DNA of 64,000 bases from the NCBI GenBank assembly GCA_947085985.1, contig CAMTYL010000003.1, positions 234,108 through 298,107 of the forward strand, in the 5' to 3' direction. This document shows positions 1 through 9,788 of this stretch, piece after piece. Position numbers and translations under genes: made by a program. The notes beneath the pieces are model-generated. The model searched no databases, was not told the origin of the DNA, and saw only the letters and a list, made by a program, of their open reading frames with translations. Numbering within the stretch: position 1 is the first letter of the stretch; every line of letters starts with the position of its first letter. The stretch comes from an uncultured bacterium. Its GTDB lineage: Bacteria > Patescibacteriota > Minisyncoccia > Phycocordibacterales > Phycocordibacteraceae.

Positions 1-339
1 GATGAGCGTTGCGTTTGGAGGAATAACTCCCCCAGCGCCCTGGGAACCATATCCCATATCAGGTGGAATAATGAGCTGGCGTGTACCGCCCACTTTCATA
101 CCTGCAAATCCCTGGTCCCAGCCCGCGATGACCTGCCCTGCACCAAGAGTAAATGTGAATGGCTGACCGCGCTTCTTAGAGCCATCAAAGACGGTCCCGT
201 CTGGCAACATGCCGAGGTAGTGCACGGTAATAGTCTTACCAGCGACCGCTTCTGCTCCTGTTCCTACTACCTTATCTCCAATGGTGAGTGTGGTAGGAAG
301 TTCCTGTGGAAGCGTATCCATTAAGTTCTCTTGATTCAT
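1..339 (-). CDS. FKBP-type peptidyl-prolyl cis-trans isomerase (partial; C-terminus runs off window start)
   Basis: Reverse-strand translation MNQENLMDTLPQ...GKTITVHYLGMLPDGTVFDGSKKRGQPFTFTLGAGQVIAGWDQGFAGMKVGGTRQLIIPPDMGYGSQGAGGVIPPNATLI matches the FKBP domain consensus. ATG at 337-339. Confidence 0.75.
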   Translation of the reverse strand, partial: MNQENLMDTLPQELPTTLTIGDKVVGTGAEAVAGKTITVHYLGMLPDGTVFDGSKKRGQPFTFTLGAGQVIAGWDQGFAGMKVGGTRQLIIPPDMGYGSQGAGGVIPPNATLI

Positions 340-527
340 AGATTCTTGTTCTTGGGTGCTAAAACTTGTAGGTGCGAACTCGGGCTCTCCTAGTGCCGAG
401 GTAGGTGCAAAGTATCCAAGGAGTGCGTTCCCGAAGAACAGGAACCCTCCCACGACTACAATAGCTACCGCAACGGCAATTCCTGTACCTGTGACATTCA
501 TACCAGTCTTGCTATGGGTGAATAGGA

Positions 528-836
528 TTAATCGGTGTCCGACACCGCTAGTATATCATCAGCAATAGAAGCCACTGCCTCTTCAATTGCCTTCTCGGCC
601 CCGGGTACTTTTTCAGCGAGAAACTTCTCTAACTCTTCCTCACTTGCCTCGTTTTCCATGAGCGTAGCGAACTCTTCACGTGTCTTTTCGTCCATACTCT
701 CAATCATGCGCACGAGAGAGCTCTTGAATATGGCGGAATTTAGGTCCGTGAGCAGCTCATCCTGTTCCTCGCCCGGCGCTAGTTCGTCTAGCTCTAGCGC
801 TTCTATAAGTCGTTGGAATTTTGTAGTGTCAGTCAT
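528..836 (-). CDS. hypothetical small acidic protein (102 aa)
   Basis: Intact ORF, strongly acidic (many E/D), no recognised motif. Co-directional with and immediately upstream of the giant ORF. Confidence 0.4.
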   Translation of the reverse strand: MTDTTKFQRLIEALELDELAPGEEQDELLTDLNSAIFKSSLVRMIESMDEKTREEFATLMENEASEEELEKFLAEKVPGAEKAIEEAVASIADDILAVSDTD

Positions 837-845
837 GGTTGAATC

Positions 846-3800
846 TTAGCGTCTCGTAGGTAGAGTGAATTTGGATGCATCCGGAAGATCGGGTATCTTG
901 ACTCCTGCCTCAGGGCCCGCGATTTGTGGATCTGAGCCTGGAGTGGTGTACACCATCTTCACAGCAAAGAATGGCACCCCGAGTTCATTAACTTGCTTTG
1001 CGACAAAATAAACGTTTGTGAGTGATGAGTCAGAACTTGCTCCAGGTGCCATTGCCAATTCTTTGGATAGCATCGCTGCCCTGTTGAAACTGTCTTCAGT
1101 AGAAGTACCCATGGCCCAATACCGATTCTCGTTCACGAGAATCTGAGGCTTGTTCAAGTCCACACCGTTCGGATTCATGAGTGGTCCAGCGTCTGGCTGT
1201 GCAAATGGGTGCATGGCTCCACCTACCACTTCAGCCGCCGGCGCTTGTTCAGGCGCAGGTGCTGGCGCCCTTGGAGCTTCAGTTGGAGCTTTCGGTGCCT
1301 CTGTCGGTGCTGGCTCAGTCGCTGGCGCCTTTGGTGCTGCTACTTCTTCCGGAGGGGTGGTGTTTAGGTCCGCAGGCACGCTAAGTCCTGGCTGCAGCTC
1401 TACATTTTTCTCCACCGTCACACCTACTACACTCTGCTCTACCGTTATTGGCTGCGGAGCTTCCGTTGTGGCAGTGGTGACTGGTGTTTCAGTAGCTGCT
1501 CCTCCAACGGTCTGCCCCAGCGCCTTTGCTTGTGGAATTACATCTGCGCGCATTTCACCCTTGATATCATGTGCGTCATATCCAAGCGGATGCTCAGCAG
1601 AGACCGGTACATTTTCAAAGGCAAGTTGCGGCTTACCGCCCGCAGTCTGGTACCAGATATTCTGGTCGTTATCTACAATGAACTTATCACCAGGATGTAC
1701 GACGAGACTCTGTCCGTCCCTTGCCACCTGCAATTCACGCGTAAGCGCATTCGCATCAGTTTCTAACACGTGCTTAAGTGCAGCGGAAGGATTCTCTACG
1801 TCGTCAGGAATTTGTCCGCGGAGCGCAACAATCATTTCTCCAAACCCTTGCCCTGGCTTCACTACCGCCTCTGCCATAAGTCCGTCAGGAGCAGCTGGAG
1901 CTGCTTCTACCTTTGCAGCGGCGACAGGGGCAGCGTCAACCTTGCTCGCATCTACTGCTTTAGTGTCAGCGCCGGCGACTGTTTTTTCAGCGGGCGCCGC
2001 ATCTGTTTGCGCGCCAGTAGTAGGTGCACCCTTGTCTACTTCAACCTTTAGCGCACCTGCAGGCTCGGCGGCAGGCGCCGGAGCATCCTTTCCACCAAAT
2101 ACATCCTTTGCCTTATCTACTCCAGAATCAAATACATCACCAACCTTATCTGTACCCGCCTGTAACACATCGGCACCATTATCAGCAGCGTAGTGCGCCA
2201 CTTCTCCGTACAGAGCACCAGCACCTATACCGATTCCCGCACCTACTGTTGTAGACAGAGTAGTCTTGATTGAGTCCATTTGCTTGATAGAAGCATAGGC
2301 ACGGTCAAGGTCTTTAGTGAGAACTTGAAGCGCATCTTCGCTGCGTAAATCTCCAATGCTCATTGTGTTTCCACCGATGTTCCCTTGCGTATCTTTTCTG
2401 AGTATCGCAGCTTGCTTTCTGGCACGTGCCTCCTTTTGTGCCTTGCTCGTGACTAAACCAGTGAGAAATCCGCCGATACCACTAAACGTAGTGAATGCCG
2501 ATCTCTCCTGCAGGTTTGCTTGTGCCGCTCGCAGACGTGCTACCTCAGTAGCAGGACCCCCCGCTCTTTCTAGATCCTCCGCCTTGACGCGCTTGTCCTC
2601 AGCCATCCAGCGCATGGTAAGACCAGCCGATGCAGCCACAAGAACAGGAACCATCGCTATACCACCCGTTGCAAGCGTTCCTGCGGTAAGGGCTATTCCA
2701 GTGGCCGCACTACCAAACCCAACACCCAATGAAGAAGCGATGAGCATTGCCTTAGGGTGCTCCTTTAGCCATTTAGCACTTGCTTCTACAAAATTTCCGC
2801 TTCGCGCACCAAGTGCACTAGCGCGGACAGTCGCCTCCTCTTCCGCTGCCTTTATGGCGGCCTCCTTCACAATGTAGCGGCGCTGAAATCGCTCTAGAAC
2901 TTTCTCTGTATCACGACTCTTGCGCTCTTCAGTTCCGCGCTCCTCGCGTTGCAATTGCGCTGCTTCAAGACGGAAGCGAGCTTGTTCTGCACGAGCTTGC
3001 ACCCACTGACGCTTCAGGCTCTTAAGCGCCTCGTCTCCCTGGTTTTGTTCTGCCTTCTTAAGACCCAAACGCTCAGGCACGGCGTCTATCATGCTCCGCT
3101 TCAATTGAAATGCTTCAAGGGCTTTGAAGTATTCTTGCTTCCTGCCTTCCACTACACCCGCTAATTCCTTATCTCTTTCAACATACACCTCCCTTAGCTC
3201 TGATTTACGAACTTGACGCTCAAGCCTTGCTTTTGCGAGCTCAGGTGTGTCCTTATATGCTACAGCTTCAGTAGTAAGCGCCTCTTTTGTCACAGTATTC
3301 AACGCAGCAACAATCTCCGCGCGAGTAGCGTCCATTCCTGGCTCACCAGAAGGAGGACCATCATTACTTAACTGAAAGCCATCTACAGCAGAGCTGCCTG
3401 GCTTGTGGGGGACACGTCCTCTTTTCGTCTTTGCTGGACTTGAGACAGAGCCTGTCTCAACAGCAACGTCGGGGGAATCGCCCAGCCCTTCGGGAGCCGG
3501 CTCCGCTGATGGTTCTCCCGCGCCAGATTGATCTGTTTCAATGGCAGTAGGTACAGTTTCTGAAGTAACAGACTTCTTTTTTCCTCTCTGACGAATCAGC
3601 TCTCCTTTTGCTCCAGCGCTTGTTCCGCGACGGGTGCCACCACTTGTACCAGTCGCATCTGGAGCGGGAATCACTGTCGTCTCCTGTTCCACTCCAGCTC
3701 GACGAGCTATGTCAGAGGGACGCTCGTTCTGCGTATCCTCTTCCGCGACAATCCCACCTCGCGTCGCCATCTCCAATGCCTTTTCAATAGGTAAAGCACT

Positions 3801-4286
3801 ACCCACCCCTTGGAGTGATCTATTGAGTGAAGCAATACCAGCGTTTGCATCTGCGAGATCTCCAAACAAGGAGTCTTGCTCGCGAAGTTGTTGCCCAAGC
3901 ATACTCTTTCCGTTTTTGGCGTAGCGAGCATATGCCTTTCGAGAATCCTTAACGAGTGCAGCAAGCGCACTGCGCTCTGGCAGTGGGTTCCCACTTCTTT
4001 TGAGCTCAGTATCGATGCTATCAATCTGCTCGGCACACCGATCCAAATATGCATCCAATTCGGAGTGCTTAATTTTCCTGTCTAAAAAAGCTGCAAAGAT
4101 TGATTCTGCACGCGCCCAATCATTAGTAAACGTGTTAATTAGCGCTGATATGCGCTCACGCTCCTGACTGGCCTCAGGGGAGTTCCCTGCACCACCAGCA
4201 TCTTCAGCGCCCTCTTGAGTTATAGAAGCTACACTCTTTTTAGAGCCTGGTGGAAAATCGATGCCGCCTCCCATGCCTTTTGCCAT
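846..4286 (-). CDS. giant hypothetical protein (1146 aa): coiled-coil-rich N-region, Gly/Ala-rich hydrophobic two-helix block, long Ala/Pro/Thr/Val low-complexity linker, C-terminal globular domain
   Basis: Single long ORF. Hydrophobic block ...MLIASSLGVGFGSAATGIALTAGTLATGGIAMVPVLVAASAGL.... Linker: repeated APxxP/TEAP motifs. Antisense ORFs 1150-2254 are low-complexity shadows. Confidence 0.5.
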   Translation of the reverse strand: MAKGMGGGIDFPPGSKKSVASITQEGAEDAGGAGNSPEASQERERISALINTFTNDWARAESIFAAFLDRKIKHSELDAYLDRCAEQIDSIDTELKRSGNPLPERSALAALVKDSRKAYARYAKNGKSMLGQQLREQDSLFGDLADANAGIASLNRSLQGVGSALPIEKALEMATRGGIVAEEDTQNERPSDIARRAGVEQETTVIPAPDATGTSGGTRRGTSAGAKGELIRQRGKKKSVTSETVPTAIETDQSGAGEPSAEPAPEGLGDSPDVAVETGSVSSPAKTKRGRVPHKPGSSAVDGFQLSNDGPPSGEPGMDATRAEIVAALNTVTKEALTTEAVAYKDTPELAKARLERQVRKSELREVYVERDKELAGVVEGRKQEYFKALEAFQLKRSMIDAVPERLGLKKAEQNQGDEALKSLKRQWVQARAEQARFRLEAAQLQREERGTEERKSRDTEKVLERFQRRYIVKEAAIKAAEEEATVRASALGARSGNFVEASAKWLKEHPKAMLIASSLGVGFGSAATGIALTAGTLATGGIAMVPVLVAASAGLTMRWMAEDKRVKAEDLERAGGPATEVARLRAAQANLQERSAFTTFSGIGGFLTGLVTSKAQKEARARKQAAILRKDTQGNIGGNTMSIGDLRSEDALQVLTKDLDRAYASIKQMDSIKTTLSTTVGAGIGIGAGALYGEVAHYAADNGADVLQAGTDKVGDVFDSGVDKAKDVFGGKDAPAPAAEPAGALKVEVDKGAPTTGAQTDAAPAEKTVAGADTKAVDASKVDAAPVAAAKVEAAPAAPDGLMAEAVVKPGQGFGEMIVALRGQIPDDVENPSAALKHVLETDANALTRELQVARDGQSLVVHPGDKFIVDNDQNIWYQTAGGKPQLAFENVPVSAEHPLGYDAHDIKGEMRADVIPQAKALGQTVGGAATETPVTTATTEAPQPITVEQSVVGVTVEKNVELQPGLSVPADLNTTPPEEVAAPKAPATEPAPTEAPKAPTEAPRAPAPAPEQAPAAEVVGGAMHPFAQPDAGPLMNPNGVDLNKPQILVNENRYWAMGTSTEDSFNRAAMLSKELAMAPGASSDSSLTNVYFVAKQVNELGVPFFAVKMVYTTPGSDPQIAGPEAGVKIPDLPDASKFTLPTRR

Positions 4287-4297
4287 ACGCTAAATAG

Positions 4298-7039
4298 TTA
4301 TGATAAATATCGCTCCCTGATTATACCTTCAACGGTAGCACGGTCTCGCCCGTAGGTCAGGAACGACAACTGCCTAAGGTCGTCTACCTGGTCTGGGTTC
4401 CCTGGCTGCAGTGGCACGGTCTTCATATTGAACGGCTTCTGCGGTACGCCATTTGCAAGCATGCGCACATACGCGTTACGGTTTTCAATATTCACAAAGT
4501 CATGTGCAGTAAATACTGGCGCAAATTGCTTGGCAAAAAACTCGGCATCTTCCTCGCCCACACGGAATACCGCCATATTACCCACGTTGCCAAACACCGC
4601 ACCGCGAATCTTCTCGTCCACCTGCGCGAGGTACTGGTGGGCAATCGTAAGCGAGAGCTTGTATTTACGGGCTTCAGAGAGAATGCCTGGAATGGAGGAC
4701 GTGGTGATGTTCTGGAACTCATCAATGTAGAGGTAGAAAGGAGGGAAGTTCTTCCCCACAGAATCAGCACGCGAAAGCGCCGCCATGAAGAGTTTGCCCA
4801 CAATGATAAGCCCGAGCAGGTTTGCGTTGCGCTCTCCCAGGCGACCCTTGGATAGGTTCACCAGTAGAATCTTCTTGTTATCAATGACCTCGCGGAACTT
4901 AAACGAAGATTCCTGCTGCCCAATGATTGGGCGCATAAAGTCGTTTGACGTGAACTCATCAATTTTGTTGGTGATGTAGGGCACCAAATTTTGCAGTGAT
5001 GCTTCGCCCTCTGTTTTAGTCGCAATCTCATTCCAGAACTGGTTAACCACTGCGTTGTTGCTACGAGAGAGCTTTAGATTTCTGAAGGCGGCATTAGACA
5101 TAACGCGTCCAATATCCATGAGCGTAGAACCTGAGGAAGGGTCCTCCATCACAAGCTGCGTCGCGTTTGTGAAATACTGCACAAACATTGGCCCCATAGA
5201 CTCGGGCACGTCTCCATAGAGTTGCTGGAATATAGCCAACATCTCGTTCACAATGAACGACTTTTGCTCAGGGCGTGCTGGATCATACTCCAACATGTTG
5301 AGTCCAAATGGTCGGTCAAGACTCGCTGGGTCAAAATAAATGACGTCCTCGTATCGCTCCGGAGGAATGCTTTCAAGTACTTCTATGACGTCGTTGCCGT
5401 GCGGGTCTATAAAACACACGCCGTTGCCTGCACGGATGTCCTGGTCAATAAGGGTGCGGAGCATTCCCGACTTACCTGCACCCGTCTGCCCGATGACATA
5501 GAGGTGGCGAAGCCGGTCTTCTGGAGAAATGCGTATTTCTGTTTCCACCCCCCTGTACGTATTGGTTCCCAGAATAGTACCTTCACTTGGTAGTCCTAGT
5601 GGAGGAGGAGCCACGGCTGCACGCGACTGCTTCAAGTGTGGAGACGACTCTATACCCTGTGGAGGGAAGTGGTAGAGGGTAGTGAGTTCACGAAGTGACA
5701 GCGGTACGTTGCTTGCCTTTTCATACAGACGGAAGGAAAAGTCGCGGAAGAATCGCTTCAGCCCGCTTTTGCCAGGACGCTTAAACTCAATACGGTTGCC
5801 CTTAGTATTCTCAAACTGATTGAAGGGTGCCTCTATTTCAGATAGCATTTGTTCCGCACGGTGCGCGTCCATGGACGAGGTCACGATGCGTATGTTTGTA
5901 GAAACAATCGGAGCAGCCATTTTCTTCTCCATCTGCTCAATAGCAGTTTCGTCCACAGGACGCTGTTCGGCATTGGTCTGTTTTGGGACAAACAGTCCTA
6001 CGGTCTCGCGCGCGAGGTCTCCGACAAACGTTTCAGGTAAACTAAATGCGCGTGCTCGATGCTCGCCCTTGCGGAGCTGATACAAAATACGACGATAGTG
6101 TTCCATGTATTTCTGGCCAGAGGGCTTAAATACAATCTGGAGTGACGCCCCTTCATCTTCGGGCGCAATTTTGGCAAACGCGTTTAAAAGCGCATTGATT
6201 GGGTCGGCATCAAAATCCTGGTAATCCTTTAGCGGAAGCATCGGCTTATCTTTTAGTTCAGCCACTGACCCAACAGCAGAACCTCCATCTACAAATACGT
6301 TGTAGTCGTTTGGCTGAACGACCGCGATGGCATCTGGGAAAATTGCGTGGAGCTGCTTCTCAAACAGGTCACGTCGTGAATTTGGAATAGCAGCATAAAA
6401 CATAAGGTGCGTGCGGTCCACGGGCACGGCCAACTCAAGGGTCATGTAGGACAACTCCCCCGCGTGGGCACTCTCTAGTCCGAGCATGCCTGAATAAAAC
6501 TGCTCCATACTAGAAACAAGCTCGCGCAGTGGGCGCATACGACCGCTTCCATCGTCTCCCTTGTGCTCTGGAAGGGATATTTCATACAGCGTCATGTGGA
6601 GCGCCTTCCATTCCGGCTGACTCTCACTAATCCCTCGCAGAGGCATGCCAGCAAGAAGGTACTGCACCAGGAAGCGGTGGAAGTCGTCGTCTAAGTGAGG
6701 GCTTCCTACTTTATCTAGAACAGCCATCGCGTTTCGCACACCCTTCGTTTCCATAATGCCCCGCAACTCTTCAATGCTGGAGTCGGTGCTTGCTGGGTCT
6801 AAGTTTAGTGAGAGCTTTCGTGCAGCATTCTCAGCGTCTGCAACCGGCATGGCGTAGCTGGGGTGAAATGCCTCATCAGGGGTTGCTATGCGGTGGTGCA
6901 CAATACGTTCCCGTGCGATTTCCGTCCGCGGTTTTTCTACTCGCAGCGTTGCGAGCTCCTGCTCTTTTACGGCAATTTGTGCACGCAGATACGCGAGCTC
7001 CTCCTCGGGAGAGGTTAATGGCTGTACAGGCCCTTCCAT
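4298..7039 (-). CDS. P-loop NTPase of the VirB4 / VirD4(TraG,TraD) / HerA-FtsK superfamily, likely type-IV-secretion-associated ATPase (913 aa)
   Basis: Walker A VIGQTGAGKSGML. CFIDPHGNDVIEVL (DPxG motif as in T4CP/HerA). Walker B-like LYIDEFQNI. Downstream ARKYKLSLTIAHQ (Arg-finger/Q motif pattern of TraD/HerA-type ATPases). About 450-aa N-terminal extension of unknown function. Confidence 0.55.
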   Translation of the reverse strand: MEGPVQPLTSPEEELAYLRAQIAVKEQELATLRVEKPRTEIARERIVHHRIATPDEAFHPSYAMPVADAENAARKLSLNLDPASTDSSIEELRGIMETKGVRNAMAVLDKVGSPHLDDDFHRFLVQYLLAGMPLRGISESQPEWKALHMTLYEISLPEHKGDDGSGRMRPLRELVSSMEQFYSGMLGLESAHAGELSYMTLELAVPVDRTHLMFYAAIPNSRRDLFEKQLHAIFPDAIAVVQPNDYNVFVDGGSAVGSVAELKDKPMLPLKDYQDFDADPINALLNAFAKIAPEDEGASLQIVFKPSGQKYMEHYRRILYQLRKGEHRARAFSLPETFVGDLARETVGLFVPKQTNAEQRPVDETAIEQMEKKMAAPIVSTNIRIVTSSMDAHRAEQMLSEIEAPFNQFENTKGNRIEFKRPGKSGLKRFFRDFSFRLYEKASNVPLSLRELTTLYHFPPQGIESSPHLKQSRAAVAPPPLGLPSEGTILGTNTYRGVETEIRISPEDRLRHLYVIGQTGAGKSGMLRTLIDQDIRAGNGVCFIDPHGNDVIEVLESIPPERYEDVIYFDPASLDRPFGLNMLEYDPARPEQKSFIVNEMLAIFQQLYGDVPESMGPMFVQYFTNATQLVMEDPSSGSTLMDIGRVMSNAAFRNLKLSRSNNAVVNQFWNEIATKTEGEASLQNLVPYITNKIDEFTSNDFMRPIIGQQESSFKFREVIDNKKILLVNLSKGRLGERNANLLGLIIVGKLFMAALSRADSVGKNFPPFYLYIDEFQNITTSSIPGILSEARKYKLSLTIAHQYLAQVDEKIRGAVFGNVGNMAVFRVGEEDAEFFAKQFAPVFTAHDFVNIENRNAYVRMLANGVPQKPFNMKTVPLQPGNPDQVDDLRQLSFLTYGRDRATVEGIIRERYLS

Positions 7040-7096
7040 ACTCTCTAGTATACGGCACTACTGCACGCATTCTGTCTCTACCCTGTAGAGAGCGCC

Positions 7097-7435
7097 CTAG
7101 TCTGTCTTGCGAATGATGATGTGGAAGAAGGCGTTGATGAGTGAGAGCACAATAGAGAAGAAGAGCGCGCCCCAGAATCCTCCCACAGAGAAGTCTGGCA
7201 CAATCGCGGCTGCCAAAAGCACTAGCAGTGCGTTAATCACCAGTGAAAACAGTCCCAGCGTCAAAATTGTGATAGGGAGCGTAAGAATAGCAATCACCGG
7301 CTTTACAAAGAGGTTCAGCACACCGAGCACCACCGCAAGAATAACCGCGCCAAGCAGGGTGACGTCGGTGTTAGGCACAATGTACCCAGCAATCAGTATT
7401 GCAACGACTGAGACGAAGAAATGTACGATGTTCAT
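7097..7435 (-). CDS. DUF360 / phage holin family 4_2-like membrane protein
   Basis: 112 aa, 4 predicted TM helices. Pattern LLGAVILAVVLGVLNLFVKPVIAILTLPITILTLGLFSLVINALLVLLAA...FWGALFFSIVLSLIN fits DUF360 consensus. Confidence 0.6.
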   Translation of the reverse strand: MNIVHFFVSVVAILIAGYIVPNTDVTLLGAVILAVVLGVLNLFVKPVIAILTLPITILTLGLFSLVINALLVLLAAAIVPDFSVGGFWGALFFSIVLSLINAFFHIIIRKTD

Positions 7436-7446
7436 GATGGGTACGG

Positions 7447-8130
7447 TTATGGTGTTACGAATGTAAATGTCGCAATAATTCTAGCAAGCTTGGCGTATTC
7501 CTCGTCCAGTACTGCCTGCGGAATGTCGCGGTCACTCGCAGCCTCGCGGTAGTTAGAACCAACGGCTAGCTTCTCTATCGCAAAGCAGGTGTTTTGGTGC
7601 ACCGTGCGATATGAAATGCCCCGCACGTACTGTTGCATGCCGGCGTTCTCAAACGAGTACGCCTTCCAGGTGGTGCCACCCATAACAATTTCAGTCAGCT
7701 CAATCTCTCCCTGGTCAGCTGCTGCGAAAAGGCATTCCTTCACTTCTTTACTATCCTTGCTGGCACCAATGCGAATAAGCGCGTCAAAATAGCGAGGGTA
7801 GCTATCTTTGCTCTCGGTAGAATATGTAGTGAACGACACGATAGGAGTGCCGACAGTCTCTGTGCCCGCCGCTACACGCCATAGTGCTGGCAGATGGTAC
7901 CCTGCAGCAAATGTCTCCGACACCACTGCCGACTCGGGGTACTGCAACATAAAGCCGTAGTCTCCGCTAATGTATATAGCGTCGCCTGGAGTCATAGGGA
8001 TATTATCCTCTTCGGTGCCAAACGAGTCAGCGAGCCGTTGACTTGAATCAACTAAATACCACGCCGCCCCGAGCGCGATAGCCACAAGCACAGTCGTAAG
8101 TAGTGTAATGATGAGTGTTCCGCGCTTCAT
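7447..8130 (-). CDS. hypothetical membrane-anchored protein (N-terminal TM, 227 aa)
   Basis: ORF with N-terminal hydrophobic anchor LIITLLTTVLVAIALGAAWYL. No recognised domain. Confidence 0.4.
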   Translation of the reverse strand: MKRGTLIITLLTTVLVAIALGAAWYLVDSSQRLADSFGTEEDNIPMTPGDAIYISGDYGFMLQYPESAVVSETFAAGYHLPALWRVAAGTETVGTPIVSFTTYSTESKDSYPRYFDALIRIGASKDSKEVKECLFAAADQGEIELTEIVMGGTTWKAYSFENAGMQQYVRGISYRTVHQNTCFAIEKLAVGSNYREAASDRDIPQAVLDEEYAKLARIIATFTFVTP

Positions 8131-8196
8131 ATATAAAAGTATAGTCTAGAGAACGCTGTCCCCACAGAACTATGTGACGGACAGCGAGCTGTTGTA

Positions 8197-9768
8197 TTAC
8201 GCGCAGGCCAGGTGAAGCTGACGCACTACATATTCGCGAGGCAAAACCGAGAGAAACCAGCCCGCCTTTGGACCAGAATCCCTATCCAGAAACACACGAT
8301 AGAGAGCCTGGAATAACTCTTTGGGAGCAATAGGTACCTCTGTCTTTAGTTGATGCAGTTTCTCGTGGAGCTCTTCACCAGTGCGCTCACCCTCCCCCAG
8401 AAACTGCGCCAGTGCGCCTAGTGCTGTCTTTTGTACCGCAGACAACTCCAGTCCACTTGGCAGCTCTTGCTGCAGACGGTACTGATGAGCCAGAGGCGCG
8501 TAGGTAGATAACCAGTACAGAGCATAGGTCTCACGCTCTTCTAGCACTCGTACTTCTTCCTTGGTGAGAGCTTCTCCCTTTATTCGCGCGGCTTCCTCAA
8601 GCAGTGATACATGGGGCATCTGCGCTATGAAAGCTACCTGCGAAAATCGCAGTATCCATGGTGCCACGTTATCCGCGCGCTCGTTTGGCAATTGCGTGTA
8701 CGCGTACAATCGGGTAAAATCATCCGCGACACCCGTTCGCACCAACTCCGACAAGTCGTCGTGCCAGTCATACATCCGCGGTACCGAGTCCCCTTCGGGG
8801 TCAACATCCACTTGCTGATTTATGTCCTTGCCAATAAGGGCGAGTCTAAACACCGCTGGAGGGAACAGATCACTCATATCGCGCGCAGAAGAGCCGCGAC
8901 CCTTTGAGGAAGACATTTTTTTGCCACCGACGAGAAAGAACTCATATGGCACGTCAAATGGTGGCTCGTAGTTGAACAATTCGCGTGCAATGTGCGCTGC
9001 GGCGTCGCGTGACCCGCCTTTGGTAGAGTGGTCCTTGCCAGCTCCTTCAATATCTACCTGTTGCACCATCCACTTTGCGGCCCAGTCCGCCTTCCAGAAC
9101 AACTTGGACGCCCCCTTCCAAGGAGCGATACGTCCCGTGTGTCCACACGGGACCGTTCCATCTGGACCCTTGTCGCACGCGTAGCCCACTGTTTCTCCAT
9201 CAAAATCAAACGCCCGCGTTGTCATCATCTTTCCACACGCCTCACACACCACCGACACCGGTAGCCACGACTCGTCCTTCACACTTCCAGATACTTCCTT
9301 CAAAATACGGCGCACATCAGCTGCGCGGGTAAGCACGGTTCGGATACAGTCGTCCATTTTTCCAGACTGGTAGAGCTCGGTTGCGCGGTAGTACGTAGGA
9401 GTAAAGCCTGACTTTTGGTGCACTGCTACAAACTCAGCACCAAAGTATTCCGCATAGTTATCGTATCCAGGAACGGGAGAAGGCACAGTGTACAGCGGCT
9501 TCCCTAAGTGTTCAGTGAACACTGCCTCGTCTAAGTAGCCGGGAATGCTATCAAAAGGGTCAAAATCATTTAACTCGTACCGGTACTCGCTTTCTACTCC
9601 GCGTGCTGCGAGCGCCTCGTGAACAAGTCCGTGAATGGCAACTCCCCGCATACTACCAACATGAACCCTTCCTGAAAGGGTCTTCTCGTCACGAATGAGA
9701 AATGTCTTTCCGTCCCGCGGAGTGCGGGTGCGAATAATGTCGTCAGCAATGCGGTCTGCCCAGAACAT
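8197..9768 (-). CDS. lysK: lysine--tRNA ligase, class I (archaeal/CPR type)
   Basis: HVGSMRG (HxGx class I motif) and KMSSSKG (KMSKS-equivalent of class I LysRS). Length 523 aa. Confidence 0.8.
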   Translation of the reverse strand: MFWADRIADDIIRTRTPRDGKTFLIRDEKTLSGRVHVGSMRGVAIHGLVHEALAARGVESEYRYELNDFDPFDSIPGYLDEAVFTEHLGKPLYTVPSPVPGYDNYAEYFGAEFVAVHQKSGFTPTYYRATELYQSGKMDDCIRTVLTRAADVRRILKEVSGSVKDESWLPVSVVCEACGKMMTTRAFDFDGETVGYACDKGPDGTVPCGHTGRIAPWKGASKLFWKADWAAKWMVQQVDIEGAGKDHSTKGGSRDAAAHIARELFNYEPPFDVPYEFFLVGGKKMSSSKGRGSSARDMSDLFPPAVFRLALIGKDINQQVDVDPEGDSVPRMYDWHDDLSELVRTGVADDFTRLYAYTQLPNERADNVAPWILRFSQVAFIAQMPHVSLLEEAARIKGEALTKEEVRVLEERETYALYWLSTYAPLAHQYRLQQELPSGLELSAVQKTALGALAQFLGEGERTGEELHEKLHQLKTEVPIAPKELFQALYRVFLDRDSGPKAGWFLSVLPREYVVRQLHLACA

Positions 9769-9788
9769 GGGGCTATCCTACCACGAGA

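Noticed and set aside
1150-2254. Long plus-strand ORFs (347 aa and others) antisense to the giant 846-4286 gene
   Set aside because: Low-complexity Ala/Ser/Gly/Thr translations mirroring the Ala/Pro-rich sense frame. Shadow ORFs of a GC-skewed repetitive coding region.
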